A stretch of 63,591 bases of DNA, filler included, from Xylographa opegraphella (taxonomy: Eukaryota), in the NCBI GenBank assembly GCA_022813865.1. It is 3 parts of 3 records of this genome, joined end to end, with 100 filler letters (N's around TTAATTAATTAA, not from the genome) between each part and the next. Parts side by side here need not be neighbours in the genome. Positions count along the whole stretch, not along the records: positions 22,588 to 44,884 come from JALDZX010000132.1; 2 more parts are not named here. One strand, written 5' to 3'. The position numbers were made by a program, and so were the translations under genes. Positions 25,451-40,152 of this stretch are shown in pieces. Every line of letters begins with the position of its first letter. The stretch's first letter is position 1. A model generated the notes under the pieces. The model made no database searches. It was not told the origin of the DNA and worked only from the letters and a program-made list of their open reading frames with translations.

Positions 25451-26337
25451 TATTAGCAAAAAGGAAAAACAATTATTCAATCAAAAATTATACTTATTGC
25501 ATAAAAAGTAAATTTGCAGAAATATTACAAGGTTTTAAATTTTTATATATTTTTTGCATGGTTTTTGCGTATTTAATACGTTTAATACGTTCAGCAATTT
25601 TTTTTATTAAATTAAAGAAATAAAAGAAAATATTCAAAAATAGTTAATTCGATTAAAAAATATATATTTATAAATGATTAAAAATAAATTGAAATTAACT
25701 AAGCAAAATGTTAATTGATAGAAGCATCACTTGCTGATAAACATAAAGGAATACCTGAAGGCTAGTTCTATTTATATATAGCGTAGTTCAGTACTAGCGC
25801 AGGAGGTATATATCACGTTCTCGTGGTCTATACCGAACCTCATCGAATATACGATGACTGTTGCCCCCACCCTGATCCAAATACACGTGCCTTTTAATAC
25901 AAAATATCTTTCAAAAAACCCTTTTAAATCCCTTTAAATAAACCTTTTACTAGGTTTATATAAATAATATAAATACGTAATTAAATCGATTTTATATAAA
26001 AAATTAAAATTCGTTAAAATTTATAAATTGCGTTAAATATTTATAAAGTTACACCGTTAACGAATATTTACGAGTAATATTCGTTAATTTTAACTTTATA
26101 ATTTATTTTATTTTTAGTTATTTTTTATTATATATAGTTATTTTTAATTATATTCAAAAAGGTATTAAAAACTTATTTTATACGTATTTTAAATATAAAA
26201 AATATTTATCAAAAAAGCAAAAAGCAAAAGTTTTTGCTAAACGTATTAAACGTGTTGAATATATTAAATGCGTAAAAAATTTACTTTTTGACCGGCTCGT
26301 GAAACCTTGAATTTTAAAAAACAATCTTTTGTTAATG
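25451..26337 (+). mobile_element. RIP-mutated non-autonomous TIR element (family H) carrying a family E insertion
   Basis: Ends TATTAGCAAAA...TTTTGTTAATG; colinear with 36680-37511. Confidence 0.7.
25709..25899 (+). mobile_element. Solo-LTR-like family E copy
   Basis: TSD CAAAA; near-identical to 8089-8279. Confidence 0.85.
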
Positions 26338-26652
26338 ATATTGATAAATTAAACAAACGCATTATAATTATTTAAATATTTTGATCCCTTTTAGTACGAA
26401 TAATATAAATTAATTTTTTTATTATAATATATTTCTCTTTTGATTATTGTTATATAATTAAATTCAAACAGGGCTAAAAGCCCCTTTGTAAATATTATTA
26501 ATAAAAACGAATTATATACGTTATATAAATATATTACATATTTTAATTTAGCGTTAATTGAAATAGTGATTTTAATATTATAATAATCTTTTTCTGTCGC
26601 GTTTACGCTTTATATATTAATATCGATTTTGTGTTTATATAATATTTATTTG

Positions 26653-26899
26653 TGTAACGGCGTGTTACATGGCACCTTAACAAGTGATAGACGGAACGGG
26701 ACTAAAGCGCGTCCGGGACTNAAGCGCGTCCGGGACTCAGGCTAGTTCGAAAGCGGTTAGGAGTCTTGGCGTTAGCACTGTTTATTTTAACTTCTACGTG
26801 TATTACTAAACTTGCTTCTTATATTATTCTAGGTTGAAATCGCTCACCTATAGCTGTGGTTCTAGGCCTGCTTTTCTGGTGAGATAGCGAGCCGTAACA
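26653..26899 (-). mobile_element. Solo-LTR-like family B copy
   Basis: Perfect TSD ATTTG; the internal 16-bp duplication around an N is likely an assembly artefact. Confidence 0.9.
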
Positions 26900-29800
26900 A
26901 TTTGCGTTATACGATTTCACAGCGCCGAGACTGCACCATAATTTTTATGTTGTTAATATATTTATATTTTAATTCATAAATTTTTTAACAACAATATTGA
27001 AACTGCGTTTGATCGTTTTTGCGTATTATATTATAATATTCGTAAATTTGAATATATATTTATTAAAAATTCATAAAATTAAATTTCGTTTAATTATTTA
27101 AATCTTTGTTTAATTTTCTTATTAACGCTAAAAATATAAATCGCTTAAATTTCCTTATATATAAATTAAAGCGAGTTACGCTTGATTTTAAATAATTGCG
27201 CCGTAATTTTAAAATTGAAATTTTTTATATATTTATTTAACGTTATTTTTTGCTATTAATTCGTAAAATTTGTACTTTTTATCATTTTATTAAATACAAA
27301 ATTTCAACTGTTAAATATTGTTAATCGGCTCGCGTTATACGTTTATATAATATTCTATAAAAAATTTCAATTTATTTTTAAAAATAATATTAAATTTCTT
27401 TTATATCGAGCACGCGTTTATTTACGATTTATTATTATTTTTCGTATATACTGCGTAGTATCTATATTTTTATTTTTATTTTTTACTTTATAACTATTTT
27501 CCTATTTATAGAGAAATAAGGGGTTTTTATAGCCTTTGTTATATATTCGTATTTATAGCAGTTGTAATACTGCAATTTTTTCAATATTTGTATTCGTACT
27601 TATAATACGATTTTAACAATTCGTAATTTAATATACCATTAACTATCGTTTCGCTGATTATTTTTACGATAATCAATAAGAATCTTTTGCCGCTTTCGAG
27701 TATTTTTTTAAATTAAGCTATTTTAAGAATTTTTAGGCCTTGGTGAAGATTTCCGTTTTTTGATAATTTTTTTGCGAGGGTTTTTTAATCTTTAATATTT
27801 AATGTAGTTTAAAATTTATATATTAATAAAAAAGAATTCGGCGTAAAATTTACGCGAACGCGATAAATCTTTTAATTTTATATTTTCTTTATATTTCTTT
27901 TTATTAATATTTATCGCGTCAATCATTACGTTATCGTTAAGAAAACGTTTGATAAAAATTATCAATTTTTTTCATTATTAATTCTTGTTTTTAAAGTTTA
28001 TAATAGTTGAATCGAGTTTTTAAGTTTTAATTCTTTTTTCGCCACTTTATTTTTATTATATTTCCTTTGAATTAAAAAAACGCTAATGAAGCGTTTTTTT
28101 ATTTAATCTTTTTACGATTACATTTATTTAAATACCTATATCAAAATTAATCAACTTTTTGATTCTTTTTACGATTACGTTTATTTAAATACGTATATCA
28201 GAATTTAATCGATTTTATTAAATATTTAAAATCGTTAATAAAAGATTTAATTTAATTAATTTAAATAAATCGAGAACTTGCTTATTTTAAAAAGCGATAT
28301 ATTTAATTAAATTTCTTTTTTTTAAATTTCACGAACTCGACGATATTTTAGCGTTTTATAAAATAATATTTAACGAATATATTTCTAAAAAATTTAAAGT
28401 TATATTTTTTAATTTTTTAATAACGTATTAATTATTTTTGAATATATCACGTATTTCGTATTTTTAATTCAATTAATTTAACGCGTCATAATCAGAGCAT
28501 TTTAAGTATTTTACGTTTTTTATCGTAAAAACCCTATAAATTTTTAAAAACGGCTATTACTGTACGTTTAATAATTAAATTCATTGTAATATCATTGTAT
28601 TTTAAGATTTCATGCGTGATTATTCATAAAATACTAATTTTATTATTTTAATTTCATTTATTTATTTTAATTAATTATCAACCCGAGTTCGCGCAACGAT
28701 TAAAATAATTGATTATATGAAATAATTTAATATTCAATAGTTTACCACGAAACTCGATATAAATAAATACCACGGTTATTTATTACGCCTTTTTTACAAT
28801 AAAACTAAATATATATATATATATATATTACATTATTTTTATTACGTCTTTTCAAAAAGTAAATAAACTTTGCGATTATTTGTTATGCGATTTTTTTAAT
28901 AAAAATGAATAAATATACACACGCGATCATTATTACGCGTTTTTAAAAAATAAAGAAATTTTTCGTAATTTAAAAAGTTTACGATATTAGCCATAGTTGA
29001 TTGCGCGAAATTAATATATATATATATATTTATCGATAATTTAACATGATAATAAATATTTTATTTTAACAATATTATTTCTTTCGTCGCGAGTCGAATT
29101 TTATATTTTTTAAAAAAATTCTGCCTCAATTAATTTACAAATAGATTAAAATTTAGTAAACGATATTATATATTATATTTATATATTTTTACTTTTTATT
29201 TTATTTTTTTATAAAAAGTATATCGTTATAACTTTTATTAAAGTTAATGGTTTCAAGCGTTTTTTCCTTTTGTTAATAAAAATTATTTATTTTTAATAAT
29301 TTATTTTCGCCAAAAAATATTTTATATTTAAATAAATATTTATATAATTAAGCAAATATTTAACGTTTACGTTATAATTATTTTTATAAACTGGAATATT
29401 ATTTTAATTGATAATTTAACTATTTTAATATTTAACTTTTTAACAAGCAACTTAAACTGTATTATTATATTCAATAACGATAAACGGGTTAAATAAATCA
29501 AAAATAATATAAAATCGTATTATTAAATAATTATCTATATTAAAAATATTGATTGAAACGCGTACCAGAATTTCCGACGATTAAAAATAAATAAAATTCG
29601 TCAAAACGTAAATATACGTATTGTTTTATTAGCAAATCGATAAGTAATAGATAATAAGAATAATAATATTTATACATTTTTGTGACATCGATTTTAATCG
29701 ATTCATCAGGGAATTTATTTATTAATTATATAAATAAAACCCTTTATAAATTACCCTTTTAATTTATAAATATATATTTAACGTCTCGATTACGTTATTT

Positions 29801-30305
29801 TATATATTTATACTAATTTATTTATTAGCCTAGTCGCCCTCGTAAAAACATATTTTCATTATTAAAAAATATTTTAATAATTTTGTATATACTAATGTTT
29901 TAACCGTCGTTCAAAATTTTAAAATAAATTAATTAACTTTCGATAGTTTAAAGATTTAATAATATTTAAATCTTTTTTGTGCGTTTTTTTAGCGCGGTTT
30001 AAATTTTATATCATTTTAATACGTATTAAATTATTTGGAATTATTTTTAATATTATATTTTATATTATAATTTATAGCCGGGGATTTTCTTCGATAATAA
30101 ATTTATTTTTGAATGAATTTTTTTATTTGAAATATATCTTTAACGAATTTTTTATTTTATAAAACTTGATTTTTAATTTCGTCGTTTTTTTGTCGAAAGA
30201 ATAACGCAGCGTCGATATTTTACTTATTTTTTATAATATTTTTTTATTTTTTATTTTATTCGCTTCGATAAACGACTATTATAATTTTTTTAATAGCGTT
30301 ATATG

Positions 30306-30536
30306 TGTTACGGCTCGCTATCTCACCAGAAAAGCAGGCCTAGAACCTCAGCTATAGGTGAGCGATTTCAACCTAGAATAATATGAGGAAGCAAGTTTAG
30401 TAATACACGTAGAAGTTAAAATAAACAGTACTAACGCCAAGACTCCTAACCGCTTTCGAACTAGCCTGAGTCCCGGACGCGCTTTAGTCCCGTTCTGTCT
30501 ATCACTTGTTAAGGTGCCATGTAACACGCCGTTACA
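30306..30536 (+). mobile_element. Solo-LTR-like family B copy (231 bp)
   Basis: TGTTACGG...CCGTTACA; flanks ATATG/TAACT, no TSD. Confidence 0.88.
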
Positions 30537-30544
30537 TAACTAGG

Positions 30545-30880
30545 TCAATTTCACGTAAAAAATTTAAACTCGTTAGAATTTTTAAATTACGTTGAATATT
30601 CGTAAAGTTACAGCGTTAGCGAATATTTACGAATAATACCCGTTAATTTAAAATTTTATAATTCATTCTGTTTTTAGCTATTTTTAATTCAATTTTCAAA
30701 ATATGTTAAAAACGTATTTTAAACGTATTTTAAATATATAAAATATTTATTAAAAGAGTAAAAAGCAAAAATCTTTGCTAAACGTGCTGAACGTGTTAAA
30801 TATATTAAATGCGCAAAAGGCATACTTTTTGATCGATTTGTAAAACCTTGAATCTTAAGCAAGATTTCTTTTTGCTGATG
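30545..30880 (+). mobile_element. Right part of a family H TIR element
   Basis: GCTAAACGTGCTGAACGTG...TTTTTGCTGATG end shared with 37408-37511. Confidence 0.7.
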
Positions 30881-31829
30881 ACGCCTTATATTTAAAAATA
30901 TAAAAAATTTCGTCGAATTTTAAACAAAAATTAAATTAATTAACGTTTATTTAAAAAATCGAAACGATATTGATTTTATAATTCATAATCAATTAATATT
31001 GCATAGAATTTTGTAAATAAATATTAATTTTAATATCGAGTATATTAAGGTTTAAAATTATAGATACTATTTTTCTATCGATTCGAAATTATTATTTTTT
31101 AAAAAATAAAAGAAAAATTTATCGCGCGGTCATATATAAATATTTGTAAAATACGTTACCGAAATTGATAATTTATAATAATTATAAATATCGAGTTCTT
31201 AACGCGTTTTTAAAAATCACGCGGTAAAATTCGAGAGAAATGTATTTAAAAAAATAAATCAGTTTTAAATTTTTAAAATAAATTACGAACGTTTTATTTA
31301 CTAAAAACTTTATAAAAACTTTTTACATATTGTTTAGAAATAATAAAAACGTTGTATCGATCAAAGAAAAACTCGTAAAAAATTTAAACAATTGATTATA
31401 TTTAAAAGTTTATTAAATAATTTTTTTCGCTTAATTAAAAAAGTTTTTTATAGATAATAATTCCCATGCGAAAAAATTTATTTAATCAAAGTATTTAAAA
31501 CGCGTTATCGCTCGTCGAAACTCCCTTCATTTAATTATTTAAGAAGAAATTCAGCAAGGTTAATTTCGGCAATAATTAATTATTGCAAAAAAAAGTTAAA
31601 AAAGGTTATTGTTTATAAATTAATTTTTTTTAATTTTACAAAGAAATCCGACGAAATAAACTTTATTACATAAAATTTAAAAATAATAATAATGTTTTAA
31701 GCTAGCTTAAAGAATTTATTATTCGAAATTAAAGAAAAATTTAATAATATAACATAAATAACGCTTTCAGGGAAAAATTATAAAATTAAAAATTATTTCT
31801 ATTTCCTTAATATATAAAAAAAGATTAAT

Positions 31830-32170
31830 AACACGAAATGAAAAAAATTTAAAAAAAATCGTAGACGTAAAAATTTATCAAAAGGCGTTATTATCGTTAT
31901 AAATGAGGAAATATTAAATTTAAAGTTTTACGCCAACGATTTAATGAATAAATTTAAAACTCGTATTGTAACAAAAAAATTCTCTCAAAAATACGATATA
32001 AATTACGAAAATATTTTTACTTTAAAGAGAAAATATAATATATTTTTCGCGTTAATTATTATTAAAATTTCAAAATATAATTAAATAAACGCTAACAACG
32101 TTTTTATTAGTTTCTTTTTAAAAAAGATTTATATATCGTTTTTATAAAGAATTAAAATCAATTTAAAATA
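31830..32170 (+). mobile_element. RIP-degraded Ty1/Copia reverse transcriptase relic
   Basis: AAATTTAAAACTCGTATTGTAACAAAAAAATTCTCTCAAAAATACGATATAAATTACGAAAATATTTTT reverts to a KFKAR.VA.GFSQ.YGIDYE.TF-like Copia RT motif. Confidence 0.7.
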
Positions 32171-32177
32171 TTATTTA

Positions 32178-32828
32178 CATTAGCAAAAAAGATTCTTGCT
32201 TAAAATTCACGGTTCTATAAATCGATCAAAAAGTATGCTTTTTGCGTATTTAATATATTTAACACGTTTAGCACGTTCAGCAAAAGTTTTTGCTTTTATT
32301 TTTTAATAAATTTTTTATATATTTAAAATATGTTCAAAATAAGCTTTAATACCTTTTTAAAATATCGTTAAAAATAACTGAAATTAATTAAAAATAAAAT
32401 GAAATTAATTAAAAATAAAATGAATTTTAAAAAACTTAAATTAACGAAAATTATTTATAAATATTCGTTAACGCGGAGACTCTACGAAGATTCAACGAAA
32501 TTTAATAAATTTAATAAATTTAAATTTTTATAAATTTAATGGAAAACCTGTTTAAAGAAATTCCCCAAAAAATTTCCAAAATCTTTTTTGCTTAATTAGT
32601 TTTTATTTATTTTTAATAATTTTTCAATATATTTTTAAACGATTTAAGTATTTCGAAAAAAATTTTAAAATTTTAAAATTTAATAAAAAAGTTGCTAAAC
32701 GTGTTAAATACGCAAAAAATATTTTTTTATATGCAAAAATTAAAAACTTTATGCTATTTCTGTAAATTTGCTTTTTACGCAAAAAGTGTATTTTTTGATC
32801 GAATTTTCGTCTTTCCTTTTCATTGATT
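32178..32828 (-). mobile_element. Family H TIR element, inverted copy
   Basis: Begins CATTAGCAAAAAAGATTCTTGCTTAAAATTC, the reverse complement of the H right end. Confidence 0.7.
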
Positions 32829-33012
32829 TCAAAATGTTATAAATTTTTTTACAATTTTAAATAAATAGCTCGTAATTAATATAAACGCCATATTTAAAAT
32901 ATCGAATCAATTAATTTTAAATAATTTAACGTTGATTTTTATTTATCAATTAAATAGAAAGAAATTTATCTATTTTATACGTAAACGATATTAAAATCGC
33001 AGTATCGTGTTA

Positions 33013-33245
33013 AATTAAAATTATTCAAATTAAAATTAATCAAATTAAAATTAATCAAATTAAAATTAATCAAATTAAAATTAATCAAATTAAAATTNNN
33101 NNNNNNNNNNNNNNNNNNNNNNNNNNNNNNNNNNNNNNNNNNNNNNNNNNNNNNNNNNNNTCAAATTAAAATTAATCAAATTAAAATTAATCAAATTAAA
33201 ATTAATCAAATTAAAATTAATCAAATTAAAATTAATTAAATTAAA
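33013..33245. repeat. 15-bp minisatellite (AAATTAAAATTAATC)n spanning an N gap
   Basis: Direct tandem repeats. Confidence 0.85.
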
Positions 33246-33932
33246 TTCGCGAAATTTTTTAAAGTTAAAAATTTAAAGAAAATTAAGAAAATCTTTAATA
33301 TTTAATTTACACGCGATTAAAAAATTCGCCTAATTCGTTTAAATTAAATTTATTATTTAAAAAAGTTCGCAATATTGTATATAAAAATCGATAAATATAA
33401 CATAATAAAAATTTTAATAAATAATTATTACCCGCTTCGATTAATCGGCCTCGAAAACAAAAAAATCGATTAACGCGAATGTTAATACGCTATTAAAAAT
33501 TTAATATACGCGATTATATACGTAATTTAATATTATTTTTATTTTAGGAAAAGTAAATTAATGTTTTAATAATTTTATAACATATTACGATCGCGTATTA
33601 AAAACCTTGCTTGGTTACGTTTAATTAATAATTAGTTTTAAATCAATTTATAAAAATAATAATAATAAATAATTTTATTGATTACTTTAATTTCGACTAC
33701 GTAACAAATAAGCAGAATCGAAAATATATTTTTAAATATATATATATATGTATATATTTAACGAAAGATTAATTACTTGATTAAATTGATACCAAAAATT
33801 AATATTTATTTCTATTGATAAAATTAAATATATAATTTTATCAAGTTACACGAAAAAAAACTTTGAATTATATAATTATTTAAAAAATTTCGACTGCAGT
33901 AAATATTCAAATATCGATTTAAATAATGTTAA

Positions 33933-34122
33933 TGTTGAAAATCCAGGGGGTTAGCAGCCTGTGTTGTCGGCTTGTACTATAGCCAATTAGGACTAGCTTA
34001 GTACAGGACTCGAAGAGTCTTCTGAAGCTTNNNNNNNNNNNNNNNNNNNNNNNNNNNNAGTGATTAAGCAATGCACTGCTATCTGCTGCCAAAACCCCTG
34101 TGCCTAGTGATTAAATTCAACA
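33933..34122 (-). mobile_element. Solo-LTR-like family D copy
   Basis: TGTTGAA...TTCAACA; perfect TSD GTTAA. Confidence 0.88.
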
Positions 34123-36048
34123 GTTAATATTATAAAAAATTAATATTAAGAAAATTTGTCAATATAATTAAAAAATTATTAAATATCATTAAAGTTAAAT
34201 AAAAACGATTATATTTACGAAAAGTTAAAATACATTAATATTGATTATTATTTGATAACGAATTTTTAATTAAAAACCCAGATTTAAAATAATTTCAATT
34301 TTACGCAAAATATAATCGCAGATCAATTTATCAAGGTATTATTTAGTTTTAATTTTAAAAGATTTATTATTTAATTAAATTTTAAAAATAACAAAAATTA
34401 ACGATTTAATAAGTATTAAATGAAAATATTAATAATAACATTATTTAAGAAAATATTTTTATATTGTTTAAAGGCAATATAAACATTAATTCGCTTTTAA
34501 ATTAGCGTAATTGTATATAAAAAACTTTTTTACGCATTTTAATAAATAATTTAATGAAGCACTGAGTTTATCATTTTGATTTCATGATTTTCATCCATTT
34601 ATTTCAATTATATTTATAATATTCGTATTAAACTCTCGAATCGTCTACTTCATTCGAGTTTAAATTTATATTCGAATTTAAATTTTTATTCGAATTCGAA
34701 TCTTTATTTAAAATTGAATATTTATTCGAATTTACATTTTTATTCAATTTTACATTTTTATTCAATTTTACATTTTTATTCAAATTTACATTTTTATTCA
34801 AACTTTAATTTTTTTTTAATTTTTTTTAACGATTTCGTAAAATGTACTTATGTTTAAAGGTTTGTTTCGTTATTAAATAATAATAATAAATAGGAATAAA
34901 ATCCGGAATTATAAGAAAATTTATAAATTTTTTTTAATAATTCTGTAAAATGTTCGAAAAGGAAAAAATTTATTAAAATAATTATAATAATAATTATAAT
35001 GATAAAGCAGAATATTAAAATAATAACTATAATAATAAAGCAAAATATTAAAATAATAACTATAATAATAAAGCAAAATATTAAAATAATAAAGATAATA
35101 AATATGATAAAATTAATAATAAAAATAATTATAATAATTATAATGGAAAATGCGAGAATAATTACTACGATAATTACAATTAAAAGAAATAATACTTTTA
35201 TAATTTATTTCTATAAACCTGAATTATGAATAGAATTTTATTTACTATTTTTCTTTTATTTTGCTTTATACAGCAAGAACGTTGCAAACTTTTTTGTTTA
35301 TAATAATTATTACGATTCTTTTACGATTATTGGAATTATTCGAATTATTCAGATTACGCTGATTTTTCTGAGCGTTTTTATTTTAACAAGATTTGCAGCT
35401 TTTATTTACTTTGTTTATATTATCTTTTAAAATTCATATAAATCGATTTTTTATAATAAATGAAAGTATTTTCATTATATATAATATAAAAAACTTGTAT
35501 TGCAACGTGACAAAACGTGTTAAATGCATAACAAAGAAATTTTACGTTATATAAATGACTCGTAAAATTTTAATATTTAAATCAAATTTCTTTTTGCTAA
35601 TGCATTTATTTACTCAATTGAATTTCTGCGCATTTTATACGAATTACTTTAAAACATTGTAAATCATATTATTATATTATTATTTTATATAATTTAATTT
35701 TTGTTGAAAATATGAAAAATAATTTATTGTGAAAACTTGAAAAAATTTATATAAAAAAGCCGAGTTCGTTGGATAATTATCAAGTGATTATTGAGGGAAA
35801 TATATAATTAAATATTTTATACTATACGTAACAATTTAACAATATTATAATAATTATTTAAATCGTTAAAAACGAACTCGAGTATATACTCGTACGTTTT
35901 TCAAAAAGAAATTATAATTTTAAATTTTATGTATATTCATAATTTGAAATTACGTATTTCAATAATCGTAAATTCTTTTATCAAAGAATATTATTACGAT
36001 TTTTGTGGGAAATAACGTTGCCTGACAAAATATTTTTTATATTATTTG

Positions 36049-36231
36049 TGTTACGGCTCATCAACTCACCACACAAGTACGCCTAGAACGTAAGCTTTAG
36101 GTGGACGATTTTAACCCAGATTAAGATGGAGAAGCGATGAGGCTGCTCCATGGGTAAGACTATATACTCAAGGTGCTAGTCCTGATCCAGCCCGACCCCT
36201 ATTACTTGTGACTGATGTCATAATCGTCACA
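36049..36231 (+). mobile_element. Solo-LTR-like family A copy
   Basis: Perfect TSD ATTTG. Confidence 0.9.
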
Positions 36232-36679
36232 ATTTGAAAGTAATATAAACGTTAATTTATTATTAAATTAATATAATTATTAAATTAACTTAACCGCTAA
36301 ACTAATTTAATAATATATAAAAAAAACTTTCTTCCTTAAGAAAAAAGCAATTTTTTACGCATTTTGACAAATAATTCGATGATATATTAATTTCATCATT
36401 TTGATTTCACTTATTCATTTCAACTATTTGTATATTTAAATTTTAAAAATTCAATATTATTATAATTTATCAAAATTAATGAAAACGAATTTAAAATACA
36501 ATATTTTTGATGAAAATTTTTAAATTTATTTCATTTCTCATAAAATTATTCATTTAAACGTTTAATAATAAAATGAACTTTTCAAAATTAAAAATAAATA
36601 AAATAATAATCAATTTTTTATCGAATTCGAATATTATAATACGACGAAAATAAAACGCAATTTTTTCGAGTTTTTATAA

Positions 36680-37511
36680 TTTTAGCAAAAAGGGAAAACG
36701 AAAATTCTATTAAAAATATACTTTTTGCGCAAAAAACAAATCTGCAGAAATAATACAGAATCTTTAATTTTTGCATATAAAAAATATGCTATTTGCGTAT
36801 TTATTACATTTAATACGTTTAACAACTTTTTTATTAAATTAAAAAATTTAAAAAATTAATTCAAAAATTAATTCGCTTAAAAAATATATTTAAAAATCCT
36901 AAAAATAAGTAAAAGCTAATTAAAAAAAATCGAATTTTTTTCAAATCCCTTTAAACAGGCCTTTCATCAAGTTTATATAAATAATATAAATACGTAATTA
37001 AATTAATTTAACGTAAAAAATTTAAATTCCTTAAAATGTTTAAATTACGTTGAATTTCCGTAAAGTTACAGCGTTAATGAATATTTATGAATAATATTTA
37101 TTAATTTGAAACTTTATTGTGACGGCTATGACATCAGTCACAGGTAATAGGGGTCGGGCTGGATCAGGACTAGCACCTTGAGTATATAGTCTCGCCCATG
37201 GAGCAGCCTCACCGCTTCTCCATCTTAATCTGGGTTGAAATCGTCCACCTAAAGCTTACGTTCTAGGCGTGCTTGTGTGGTGAGTTGATGAGCCGTAACA
37301 TTTATAGTTTATTTTTAACTATATTTTAAAAAGATATCAAAAAGGTATTTTAAACCTATTATAAATATAAAAAATATTTATTAAAAAAGTTAAAAGCAAA
37401 ATTTTCTGCTAAATGTGCTGAACGTGCTGAATATGCTGAATGCGCAAAAAGCATACTTTTTGACCGACTTGTAAAACCTTGAATTTTAAGCAAGAATTCT
37501 TTTTGCTGATG
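36680..37511 (+). mobile_element. Family H TIR element with a nested family A copy; its right end abuts the SAH1 upstream region
   Basis: TTTAGCAAAAAGGG...CTTTTGCTGATG; least mutated at the right end. Confidence 0.72.
37118..37300 (-). mobile_element. Solo-LTR-like family A copy
   Basis: Perfect TSD TTTAT. Confidence 0.9.
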
Positions 37512-37906
37512 AACGATATTATATACTTGAATCGAGTTAAAAAAAATTGCCTGTCGCTGACGGCGCTAACGACCCGTTGTATTTCTACCATGTAATGTTC
37601 GTAATTAAACGATATACTCGTTGTGTGTTCTCCATAGGTGGATTGTTCTTTTTGAAAAGATCAGAGTCATCCGGGTTTTCTTTTACCTGATTATTTAAGC
37701 GGCGAGCTAGTGCTAGCGTACTCAACTTCTAACTAAGTTCTATTAGGCTTAGAGCACCAAAACCCATCAGCACAGCGTGACTATTTCATTTACCACAAAC
37801 TAATTTTCACATCTTCTCTTAAAGGCATTCTTCATTCCGCACAATCAGCTTTTGCTCATCGATAGAGACGAAGCTACATAAACTTTTAGAGACTCTTCAG
37901 ACTTGA

Positions 37907-39578
<1,672 letters not shown>

Positions 39579-40152
39579 ATTCGTTTTATAATTTCCAGGT
39601 TCATCATGCATGTACATTCAACACGGGTTATGATGAAATGACTGGGAAAAGTTTTGATCCTTCAACGGTGTGTTCGATGCCTCTGTCTCGACAAATGGGA
39701 TTGGGAGTTATTCTAGATTGGGGTGTGTTCTAAATCCCATCGGGTCTTTCAACCATGGCCTGGTAGGATAGGCTAGCGCAGATCTTTCTTCCATGGCTTT
39801 ATTTCTTGAAATTTATGGATTGATTGACCAGAAGTGATGTCTCTAAATGCGATGTGAACAACAGATCAAATCGTCAAGCGTGGCAATTGGTAGTTGTGAA
39901 TGTGTGCTTATGCAGGATTATGACACAGTTGTGATGAGTCTTTTATTGAAGATGAGTACGCCAGCGCTTACCGCTGAACTATTTCGTCCTTTTGGGGATA
40001 AGATTTATGTAAGGCACTCGCAAAGCATCAGGCCTGGATACTACTTACATTCCTTCCCTATGTTAATACCAGACGACGTTGCCACGTCACACACGTATCA
40101 TTTTTTGTATGAAAAGTCAGACCAGAATTCTAGATCCTACTGACTGCCAAAT

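Larger units (their letters stand above)
20220..37510. mobile_element. Large AT-rich RIP-degraded nested transposon block
   Basis: ~17 kb without credible genes; many nested elements; includes an assembly spacer. Confidence 0.85.

Noticed and set aside
26705..26737. 16-bp tandem duplication within a family B copy
   Set aside because: Centred on an N; typical of an unmerged contig overlap.
34999..35229. Ile/Lys/Asn-rich ORFs in AT blocks (also 17250, 17975, 29977)
   Set aside because: Chance frames in low-complexity RIP-mutated tandem repeats.
2346..37300. Dispersed near-identical short repeats as a CRISPR-like array or ncRNA family
   Set aside because: Eukaryotic context, irregular spacing, both orientations, TG...CA ends and 5-bp TSDs fit LTR-type insertions.
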